Notes under the pieces: model-generated
Databases searched by the model: none
Seen by the model: the letters and a program-made list of their open reading frames with translations, nothing else
Told to the model about the DNA's origin: nothing
Translations under genes and position numbers: made by a program
Shown: positions 53,651 to 64,000 of the stretch, piece by piece
Numbering within the stretch: the stretch's first letter is position 1
How the letters are laid out: every line of letters starts with the position of its first letter
Source: Lama glama
Lineage: Eukaryota
Assembly (NCBI GenBank): GCA_028534125.1
Contig: CM052817.1
Coordinates: 49,478,001-49,542,000, forward strand
Length of the DNA stretch: 64,000 nt
Reading direction: 5' to 3'

Positions 53651-56439
53651 GATATCCAATTCAGACATTGGGTATATATGTACACTTAGGAAGTTGCCTT
53701 TCAGAGGCCCATCTCAAAGTGTGGTGGGTTTCCCAACCACCCTTACCCAGTGCAGGACCTGGATTCCAAGTTTTGATGCTGTTGCCCTGATCCTATCATA
53801 TGTCCTACTCAGCTCTGGCGTCCTCTTTCAGAAATAGTAGCTCCAAATGGCAGGCTAACTAACTTCTTTGGGTTTATCTTCACCAAGATCTTGGCCTGGA
53901 ATTCATCATCTTGTTAGCTCTATGAGCTCTTCAAAAGAATTTTCAACTATTTATTTTAGCCATCTTTCTTGCTATAATTATCAGAAGTGTTGTTCTGAAT
54001 TGCTTAGTCCATCATTAGAAGAAATACCAGTCCCATATATTTTCGAAAAATTAACCTTGATTTTACTACTCACTGTCTATGTGACCTTTGACAAATAAAC
54101 TCTCTGAAGTTCAATTTCTTCATTTATAAAGTGAGAGTGATAATATTTATCTCATAGAATTGTTGAAAAAATTAATATGAAATAGTTACATAGTAACATT
54201 GGAAGACACAATATAAGGCCACTAGTATCCCTTCAATAAATAGCAACTATTATTTTTGTCATATTAGTGATAATAATTATTAAGATGATGAAAAGGACAG
54301 AAATATATGAGTCTCTATCTACCACACTGCCTTGAGCTCCTAATCTAAAAGTGATATAAAGTTAATCTGACAACAGTTATTTTAAGTGAACAAACATAGG
54401 CTTCAAGTAATGATTGTTTCCAATTTTTAGATTTGACCAAGCCATACTTTTAATAATTTATTCTGGATTTCTTTTTACCCAGAATTATTAGATTGAGTGG
54501 CAAATGATTTTTTAATAACAACTTCTTTCAGTTAAAAAAGTAGACTGTTATCTTCACTTTTGTATTCCTCATATTTTATGAGTCATCAAAATTATATAAA
54601 CGTTAGCTATAACACTGCAAACAATTTCATTCGTAAGTACCTTTTGTACCTAGCCTTGTAATCCATCTTAAAAAAAAACTGAAACTCATTGAATAGCAAT
54701 TTAGTCTCTTACAATCTTTTAATTAATGTAGGCTTCAGTTCACTGTGTTACAAGGGCTGGCAAGGAATGTCAATCTTCCCTAAATTTTCATTAGTAGGAA
54801 CAGAATATATAACGAAATTATATTTTTAGCAACAAAAATTACCAATGCACAAGAAATGACATTTTTAATCTAGAGGGTTTATAGGAAGTAAGTAGGCACT
54901 CAAGTACCAGAATAATAGGATTTAACACATATGTGTCACTTATTGAGTAACAGACCTATTGAGTATATTACCCAGGTTCCCTGAGAATACAAAAGTAGTT
55001 TCCTAGTAATGGACTCATGCATTCTATACATAGAAAATACTGTAGCTCCCATTCTAAGTTAACTACCTGACATCTTGGTCAAAAAATATGTCATGAGTCT
55101 AATAAATATGAAATAATTCCTTAGAGCTGGATCTTGATGGGCTATTGATAAAACTGAGCTTCTCATTTTTCTATTTTTGAAAGCTAGGTCCTGTTAGAAG
55201 TGAGCTTATCAAGGAACAATGTCATTAAAAAGGCCACTGTTAGCTCGCCAGACAAGCTAACCCAAAATATTATTGCAAATGCAAAAGAAAACAGTATGAA
55301 TAAGAGCTAAATACTATGTAGAAATAAAAGAAAGAAGAGGCCCTTGCTTGCTGTTTCATGTTGTAAGAATCAGACAATGAGACTATAAGTGCTTATTGAA
55401 AACCTGGAATGTATGGAATGTATGGAAAATTAGTATAAGATATAAACCCTATACTTTAGGATCCTATAAGCTTCTTGGGGAAAAAGTATGGCACAAACAG
55501 AACAATAAATAGTATTAGTTGTTAAGAGGCATGTGCAATTTCGTGACAGAAAATAATAAAATTAAGGTGGGCCAGTCAGTAGAGAGTCTTAAGGCGGATT
55601 TGAAAGATTTTGAAAAATCTGAAAATAAATATATTTGAATGCAAATATCACGGTAAAGCTTTGGGTGAAAATATAAACCCAGGAAGAGGAAGTGCTGTCA
55701 TGTGGTGGATAATATCAGCTGCTACTTGGCACTTGATAATTCTTATCCAAGCTTAAGACACTGAGACTTTGTAATTGAATTGAAACTGGGACATGCAATT
55801 TATAGGATGTTCTTAGAATACATGTAAATTCTAAAATGTACTCATGTAAAGGATGATGATTCAATAAGACCAAAAATTTAACATGACGTGTGTTTTTCCT
55901 TTACAACTGACAGGATTTTTGTGGCAATGTTGCCAAGAGGAGAAAACTGGTGTAAGCACTGACATTTAAGGCTTTGTCCAAGATGGAAGAAAGGCTTATA
56001 CTGTTTCAGCAGCAACATTGTTTATTCATGGAATGTTGGAGAACCACATCAATCCACAGTTGCGATTTTTGACATTAGAAGCAAATCAAAAAAGAAAAAA
56101 GAAATGCATATGAGATGATTGATATCTAGTATAAATACATTGCATACATCAGCTTTAAATCTTTGTCTTGTTTTAAAAAGATAAAATGACGGTGTCATAT
56201 AACGTCTGTATGAGTCAGATTATATTTCTGTTAGCTGTTTCAACAAATGAATTTCTGAATCGTAGTTAGTTGGTTAAGTGAAAGTTTATTTCAGGTTTGT
56301 GCAAAGTTCAAAATGTGGTATTCTTGAAGGGCAGGTAGCAATTCCTATAGTGGTGATTATATCAGTTTTAGAAACTTGAATTTTTTTTCCTTAAGATTTT
56401 TTTCACTTCATGTAACTTTAAAATTTTATGTGCAATAAA

Positions 56440-58430
56440 ACAGTTACTTCCCAACTTGTTTTATAAGGCCAACATAGCTTTGATTACAAAACTTAACAAT
56501 GACATTAAAAGATGTAAAATTGTGTCATTCTTTCAGAAGTATGGATACAAAAATCCTAACCAAAATAAAATGTGAGACCCAACGGTATGTAAAATGTATC
56601 TTATTTGCGATCAAGTTGGGGCTATTCTAGAAATACAAGATCAGTTTAACATTTAAATACAAATCAACGTAATTCACAATATTGATCAAATAAAGGTAGA
56701 AAAAGTATATGATTATCTCAGTAGATGCCAAAAAAAGCATTTGGCTAATTAAAAATCCATTTATTGTAAAAATTAGCAAACTAAAAACAAAAGAAAACTT
56801 CCTTAATCTGATAAAATGATAGCAAACATCCTATTTAATTGTGAAGTACCGAACACCTTTCCCTGAAATTAGGAAAAAGAGAAGGACTCCAGCTATCACC
56901 AACTCTATTCAACAGTGTACTAGAATTCTATGACTTAAGCTAGAAGTAATCAATAAATCAACTAATCAACCAAAACAAAATAAAAATATAAGCAATAGAA
57001 AAGTAATAATACTGTTCTTATTTGCAGGCGGAAGTGTATGTTTAAAACAAAAGAATACACAAATAGAAAAAAATGAAATTAATAGATGAATCAAGTTTTC
57101 TCAATTCAAGGTAAATATATAAAAGTCAATTGTATTTCTATATGTCAGCAATAAATATGACATGAAATGTAAATGATAAAGACATTTACAATAGGATTCA
57201 ATAAGTCAAATATGTAAGACTGATTCTAGGAGAACATGTACAAGACTTCTATTCAGATACTTATAAAACACTACTGAGAGAAATTAAAGAAAATCTAAAT
57301 AAAACGAGGAAGGTACCAAGTTCATGGATTGGAAACTTCAATATTTCAAGAAGTCAGTTCTTCCCCAAAAGACCTATAGATTCAATACTATACCAACAAA
57401 AGTCTAGAAATTCTTTTTTGGAAATTAATCAGATGATGTTAAAATTTATAAGGAAATGTAACGGACTAAAAATAGCAAAGACAATTTTGACAAAGGAAAA
57501 TAAATATGGGTTTACATACCAGACATCAAGTGTAAACAGAGAAACTCAAGGTGTTGCTCACCACCAAGTTCTACAAGGATTAAGTCACAACCCACTGTAT
57601 TCACTGACCTACTGCACTGTGAGATGAAATTAAGAGGACAGCAGAATGAGTAAGGCCCTCTGTGCTCTGGACAAGTATGCTCCTTAAATAGATATACATC
57701 TCAGGAAGAATTTCAATGACCTTGGAATTTTGCATTTTGCATTATACAGAAAAGCACTAAAATCACTGACTTGGGATATCTGTGCTTTGTGACTAGCAGT
57801 AATCTTTTACCAAGATTTAATCTGATAATCATATTTAATTTGGTTTTTCCCCTACCTCTTTGGAGCCTTTTCCTCAGAGCTAACTGAATGGCTGTCCACC
57901 AGGCTATAGTAAGACTCTGAATAAAACTTAAATTCACAACTCTTATATTGCGTGTTTTTCTTTGAGTTGGCTTACATTCTATAACTTCAATAATCAAAGT
58001 AGTGTAATATGGCACAGTAATAGAAAAATAAATCAAAGAAACAATAAAAGAAGTTCAGAACGAGATCCACATTTGATTTATACTTGATTTATAAGAAAGG
58101 TGGCATTGAAGGGCGGTGGATAAAGATTGCATGTTTATGATTTCAATAAGATGTGCAGGGTCAATTAATAGTCATACGGGAAAAGATGCATCTTTTACTC
58201 CTACTTCATAATGCACACACAAATAAATGCAATGTGAATTGTTGACCTAAGTGCAGACAGTGAAGAAACATTAAAGGTTTTAGAAGAAAACATGGAAGTA
58301 TATATTTATGAAAGGCAAAGATTTCTTAAATGAATTGCATACATATACTCACAAAATACTAACCTTAAAAGGAAATATTGACAATTTTTAAACTAAAATT
58401 AAGAAAATCTGTTTTTTAAAAATCACCAAT
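56440..58430 (+). mobile_element. Degenerate L1M ORF2 region, interrupted by an LTR at about 57531-57976
   Basis: tatatgattatctcagtagatgc, aaaagtcaattgtatttctatatg and gttcatggattggaa are L1 ORF2 motifs; the insert begins tgtaaacag and has AATAAA near 57920. Confidence 0.8.
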
Positions 58431-59190
58431 AATTAGTTCCACTTCCAGCAATGGTAAAGGGTCTTATATCAAGCTCTCCTAGAGTTAATAATTATAAAGT
58501 TTGGAAAAAATATAAAAACCAGCCATATGAAGGCAGCAGAGAGTGACCAAAAACTGGGAAAAACTGTATTAGGGTCAGTTTATGAAAGGAAAGGACTATA
58601 TTGCCTGAGATTTACAAACATACAGTTTCTTGCCAGAGGGCATCGGTCAGTCAGTCCAGGTAGCAAAGGGGTGCTAAAAAGTTAAGCAAAATGATGGCAA
58701 TATTAATTATATTAAAATTGGTACCCTGTGAAAAGTCTTTTGTCAGAAATTTCTACCTAGTTACAGCTGGTTTCAGTTAAGGAAGTAGAAGCCAGAATGA
58801 TGGAATTGACCAAACAGAGTTAGGATTATCCCGACTTACTACAAAGCTGTTTTTGGGGTGTAGCTTTAGGTGACAAATCCAAGACTTGGCAATTATTTTT
58901 TTTTCAAAATAGCCAAGTCAAGGAAGTTTGTCATTCCCTGGATGACTCCTATCTTGAAACAATAGAAATATGACAGTCATTAACATTAGTCAGACAAGTT
59001 TCATCTTATTTGTTCTCCATATTTCACCCAGCCCAAAAAACAAACCAACACTGCATGTAGCACATGAACCTATGAAACACTGATCATCTTAAAAGCTACA
59101 CCAGAAGATCCTTATTATCATTATCACTGTCACCACTGTCATCATCATCATCACTACCATTGCCAGTGGCACCACAACTATCAGAATACT

Positions 59191-59198
59191 ATGTCCAG
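59191..59198 (+). CDS. TMPRSS11B: TMPRSS11B-type coding exon 1 (ATG TCC AG; MS[R])
   Basis: actATGTCCAG|gtaaat is a phase-2 donor that fits exon 2; an 8-nt first coding exon is typical of the family. It is preceded by an ATC/ACT-rich 5' UTR. Confidence 0.8.
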
Positions 59199-59643
59199 GT
59201 AAATGGGATTTTAATTGGGAGATTAAGTCTATAAAAGCTAACAAGTATATGCTCTATATGCTATAGAGTATCCTCTAGTTTTTTGTTAATGGTTGCTTTC
59301 TATAATTTAGATTGTTATTTCTGGACCCATGCAATTATTTCTGAGGCCTAAAGGCCCTGTGTTTAGTCTCTGGGAAATTTTCAGAAATTTGGGGGGAAAA
59401 ACGAATTTTAGCAAAATTTTGCTTACTTTTTATATCCACCCATAAGAACTATTATTTTTGTTCTCTAGTACATAGATTTTGGAATAATGTACTTTACAAC
59501 ACAGATTCTAAATTAGCACCTGGCAAAATACAGGGGGCCTCAAAATTTAAAAGGTTTTCAAATGATTTTCTTCCTGTAGACTCTGCTTTTGTTTCTTTTT
59601 TTAAAAAATAGGATTGTTTACTACTGCTGAATTGTTTTTGTTT

Positions 59644-59645
<2 letters not shown>

Positions 59646-59693
<48 letters not shown>
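59646..59693. repeat. (GT)24 perfect microsatellite in intron 1 of the TMPRSS11B-type gene
   Basis: Direct observation. Confidence 0.98.
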
Positions 59694-59696
<3 letters not shown>

Positions 59697-61267
59697 GGGG
59701 GACTAATTATGCTTACGACTGAAAGAAATCCATAATAAAAGGGAAAAGCCTATCAGTGCTGCAGTCAACTATATGTATTCTTTAGAACTTCCAAGAACAC
59801 CTAAAATGGGCTTTCAACGATAAACATTTTATAAGCTGAATATAGTGATTACTTGCATAGAAACCGTCTCAGCTACTTTATGTGCTATGTACATAATTTA
59901 GGCTACCTGTGTGAGTCTTTCAAACTTTCATGTCTCAGAAAGACTGAGCTACCAGACTACATTACAACTGACTAATCCAAAACAAATTTCAGACTTTGCT
60001 ATCACAGTGAATTTTTCTACTCATTAGAAGACACAGATTATTGGATATTAATAAGGTTATAAATATCATTATTAATTACCTTAACTGTGTACTCCTTTTA
60101 AACTGTGATTTATCTAGTATAAGAAATACCACGCCTAAATAGATATTTTGCTCTGAGGGTGAGATTAAACAACTGAATTCTAGTATAAAAGCATATAAGG
60201 AAGAGTTAGGATTAAGACTAAAGAACAGAGAGGAAACAAAACTGGGTGAAGTTGTACAGGTGTGGCATAAGGTACTCATTTATTTTTAAAGGACCTTCTC
60301 TACCTAAAAATCAGTTAGTCCTAGAGAGATTAGAACAAAAAGGTTCTCCTGCTCACAGGGAATATCTGATTTGCTAAATGTACCCACTGATTACAAACTC
60401 TTCTGTTCTGCAAGTTTTGTTTAGGGTGATACAGAATACAAAGAGATTGAAGAAACAACTGAGGCTATTTTGAAACTTGGTATCAGATTTTGTTTTTTGT
60501 GTGTTACAGGTCTTCATCCAAATGGACAATTTCATGACATCATATCTTTCAAGCTATAAAGAATAAACAATGTCCAAACTTTATAAAATTAGACTAAGGG
60601 TGGCCATATGGCCTAACTGTAACCCTAGACCTCTCTATTTGTATGATGCCAAGTCACAATGTTTTCTGATTATTTTTCATCTAATTGATTGGTTTTGATG
60701 ATGAATCTCACCTGTCTGTTAAATTATATTTTATAAATAATCTATATTTATTGTAGAAACATCAGAAAACATAGTTAAGAATAAAGTAAACAAAAATGAC
60801 AAAAAGTCTGCCCATAATCTTATAATATGGGAAAGTTGCTTTTGACATCATGATGTTTCCCTACACAATTAAACATATAAATGATGTTATATATTTGCGT
60901 TTATAAATCTATATATGTCCACACATATGATGTGGCTTTAGTTTACAAAGATACAACCAGACCACATGTAATGTTTTATAACTTGCTTTAGATAAATAAA
61001 AAAGCAAACCAACTTCTCCTTGTCAACGTAAGAACACAAACCATGCTATTTTACTCGCTGTTGTAACACAGTACTCAAAGATGACTTGCTAAATGGAGTC
61101 TATCCTCAGTAATGTCCATCCTCACTGAGACAGTTAAGGCATCTGTGTTTTAAACTAACATAAAGACCTAATGCATAAGTTATAAACTGTGTTGTATGAG
61201 TTGGAGGAGAAACAGGTAGATTTAGAATATCTATCATCTGATTTGAGCCGTTTTCCTCCTTTCGTAG

Positions 61268-61386
61268 GTACAACATATTTTCCCAGAGAAGATCTTGGCC
61301 ACTTTGGATGACAATCCTTATCTTCCTTGGAACGATGGCAATCTTGGGAATAACTATTGGTCTCCTTGTTCATTTTCTGGCAGTTG
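61268..61386 (+). CDS. TMPRSS11B: TMPRSS11B-type exon 2: tail and TM (YNIFSQRRSWPLWMTILIFLGTMAILGITIGLLVHFLAV)
   Basis: Acceptor ttcgtag, donor gtcagt, 119 bp; matches human TMPRSS11B SQRSWPLW…IGLLVHFLAV as recalled. Not in the ORF track. Confidence 0.93.
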
Positions 61387-63077
61387 GTCAGTATTGACTA
61401 CTCAATTTTCACCCTTACCACTAAATCTCTTTTAACTCTTAGAAATTGATAAGAAACAACACGAATATTAAATTTCCTTATGGAAACTTTGTCACTACTA
61501 TTTTATTTTAACATAATAATTTTATATAATTTGACACCACAGTTTATAAATTTTTCTGAATTCTGTATTTCCTTGATCCTTTCTGTAAGTTGTATGACCA
61601 ACTATGGGAGTATGGGCAAGACTGAAAAATTCAACACTTTGGTGCCAATATTTGTTGTCAGTAAAGGAGCTTATATAATAGGTTTGCAGTTAAGCTGTAC
61701 ATTTTTAGTAAATATACCTCAAGCTTTGGAGATCCCTACTCTTCTTGGCTCGTTTCTAATATTGATTATTAAAGATATAATTGATAAGTAAGAATGGATA
61801 ATTCACTAATGGTTCTTCTAATAGTGGATAGTCAAGAATGGTTAAATGGCTGAATGTTCATACTAACTTGATCTTATGTTTAATATCTTTTATTAAACCT
61901 ACATTCAGAAAGTTTGGTTTTCCAGTTTATTTTTACTTTTCAGAAAAATTAATTCTAAAATTTGTGTAACTGTTTAAGGTTTTTAAACAAATTTGTTACC
62001 TACTCTTCCACTTGATCCTCACAATAATCCTTTGAACTTGAGAGAGCAGGTTTTACTACTATCCCTAGTCTCACACGCAGGAAACTGAGGTTCAGGCAAA
62101 TCAAGTGATTTGCTTGATATCACAGGATTTAAATCACATAGCTGAACACAAACCCACATTTTAATACTTAAAGTGTATTATTCTACTTTATCATGATTTT
62201 TGTTTTATTCCTCTGAAATATATCACCCTATACAATAATGTCATATGGATACATTTTGCTTGATTCAGAGACAATTCAAGTTTTCTTTCAACCTAGCTTC
62301 TCCTTTGTTTCTCCATAATCATCTTAATTTCAAATTTCAAAACTTGTCCTTCATGAGTGTAGTAGACACTCAGACTCTTGCTTGGCATGTCTATCCATGA
62401 ACTCTCCATAGTCTGAATCCTTCTAGCCTCTTCTTGTCTCTGCTCATTAAAAAATAACATTCTTCACATCATTTCCTTAAGGATAGTACTGAGTTTTCCG
62501 TATCAAGCCCCGGTGAAGAAGTTCTGTCAATATGTTAGTGGGGACCAGTAGCCTAATTAGTTAACCTTCCAAAATATAGTTTGCATTTTAATAGATCCCT
62601 TTTTCTGGAGAAACAATGACTTAGTGGAAAGGAGTAATGCAAAAGAGAGAACTACAGGCATCCTGGCTTGAGTAGGAGGTGTGTGGAATGATAAGCCACC
62701 CCTGAATTTCTCTACATGTTCAACCATCTGTCATTTCAGATATAAGACTAGACAAGCTTGTATTACCTAAAGTTAAATTAGTTGAACCAGGCTTCTTGTG
62801 AAGTAAAAATGGACATTCAAACTTGCAAAGGTTGTTTGAAATCATTTTGAAAGATGAACCCGTTTGCTCTAGGATTTTGGCTTAGGAGCTAATACAATCT
62901 TTGTTAATACAGTAACTTGAGTTGGATGACAGCTAGAGGAATATCTCATTCAAGTGGCAGTAAACTAATTGCCCTAACTGAGTACATCTATTGAAATTTA
63001 ATTTTGAGATAAAGATACAGAGGGGCTTGAAGCCATTTCCTGTTTTAAAATTTTCTGAATATTTCTTTATTTCACAG

Positions 63078-63193
63078 GAAAGATTTACTATTACCAAGGT
63101 AATTTTCATATTTCTGGAGTCACATATAATGACAGTTGTGAAAAAGCAGTTTCAGAAGCCAGCACAAATCTGAGCAAAGATATTGAGACTAAA
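63078..63193 (+). CDS. TMPRSS11B: TMPRSS11B-type exon 3: SEA (GKIYYYQGNFHISGVTYNDSCEKAVSEASTNLSKDIETK)
   Basis: Acceptor ttcacag, donor gtaagt, 116 bp; matches TMPRSS11B YYYQGDFHISGVTYND…ASTNLSKDIETK. Confidence 0.95.
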
Positions 63194-63279
63194 GTAAGTA
63201 AGAGATCTTTTTTATTAACTTTATTATAAATTTGATTGAAATATATATCATGGCTTTTTTTGGTTTTTTCTCTTGACAG

Positions 63280-63347
63280 ATATCTACCGCATTTCAGAAT
63301 TCTAGGGTATACAAAGAATATATCAACTCTCAGGTCATGAAACTTCT
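63280..63347 (+). CDS. TMPRSS11B: TMPRSS11B-type exon 4: SEA (ISTAFQNSRVYKEYINSQVMKLL); gene continues beyond the window
   Basis: Acceptor ttgacag after an 86-bp intron, donor gtaagt, 68 bp (same size as exon 4 of the E-type paralog). Whether it is TMPRSS11B or TMPRSS11BNL cannot be settled here. Confidence 0.93.
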
Positions 63348-63440
63348 GTAAGTATAAATTCATTCAAGATTATATGGAACAAGAAGTAGGTAATATGTCA
63401 CATTAGTCCTGGTTTTAAGTAACAACAGTGATGAAAAACA

Positions 63441-63578
63441 GAAAGAGAGAGGGAGAGAGAGAAAGAGAGAAGGAGAGAAGGAAGAGAGGGAGGGAGGGAA
63501 GGAAGAAGGAAGGAAGGGAAGGAAAGGAAGGGAAGGGAAAAAAGGAAGGAAGGAAGGAAGGAAGGAAGGAAGGAAGGA
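63441..63578. repeat. Polypurine (GA)/(GGAA)n tract in intron 4 of the TMPRSS11B-type gene
   Basis: Direct observation; source of the low-complexity ORF 63360..63590. Confidence 0.95.
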
Positions 63579-64000
63579 CGGACTCCCCATAAATTAAAAT
63601 ATCACTGTATCTAACAAATTTCTGTTCAGGGTAGGAAGTGTTCTGTACAAATCTGTAATCTCTGTACTTGAAGGGGAATTGTAAGGTTGTTGGTGGCAGT
63701 CAGTTCTAACTGACTTCTATGATAAAAGATAATTTAAACGACAATTGTAACTCTACAGAAAATAAAGATTGTCTTGCTATTCATCTACTAGCCACCTCTT
63801 TTCCCATTCATACTCATCTGGCCATATCTTTCTTAAAATAATCCTCTTTCGGTCTCTTTAATAATCACCATCACTGTAATGACTGTGGAGAAAAGTGAAT
63901 CTTTACGGTAACATTTGTCTAAATATGTATTGTAAGTGTGCTTGACAGTGGTAATGGTGGTGGTGAGAGATGCGGGGAGGCAGGTATCACAGAGCATAGG

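Noticed and set aside
59113..59180. ATC/ACT-rich imperfect triplet run as a His/Ser-rich coding segment
   Set aside because: It lies upstream of the B-type ATG with no start codon of its own, so it is best read as 5' UTR.
63360..63590. ORF with PSFL repeats
   Set aside because: Translation of the (TTCC)n microsatellite.
1..64000. Prokaryotic-type systems (CRISPR arrays, operons) and the remaining short ORFs in the track
   Set aside because: This is spliced mammalian DNA with no repeat-spacer arrays; the other ORFs fall in repeats or AT-rich introns and lack recognisable domains.

Overview
AT-rich mammalian genomic DNA, probably camelid, judged from tRNA-derived SINEs resembling the camelid Vic-1 type and from the young L1 3' ends (inference). 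The window is part of the TMPRSS11 (HAT/DESC) type II transmembrane serine protease cluster. It holds one complete 10-exon TMPRSS11E/DESC1-type gene on + (CDS 4906..38345, 1263 nt spliced, 420 aa) with all GT-AG junctions, phases and the His/Asp/Ser triad intact. About 20.8 kb downstream, in tandem, are the first four coding exons of a TMPRSS11B-type gene (59191..63347, running off the window). The rest is introns and intergenic DNA with L1, L2, MIR, SINE, hAT DNA transposons, solo LTRs, microsatellites, a truncated 5S rRNA pseudogene and one 100-N gap. The main signal is that this DESC1 is intact but appears rewired. (1) Its start codon is split by a 13.6-kb intron (AT|G), and the unspliced sequence reads ATG-TAA. 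(2) The zymogen activation site is Met|VVGG rather than Arg|IVGG. (3) The S1 pocket combines Asp189 with Leu192 and Ser226 (CGAPNKPSV), the layout of tissue kallikrein KLK1, which cleaves after Met as well as Arg. Comparisons with human proteins are from memory and need checking by alignment. Most ORFs in the supplied track are spurious.
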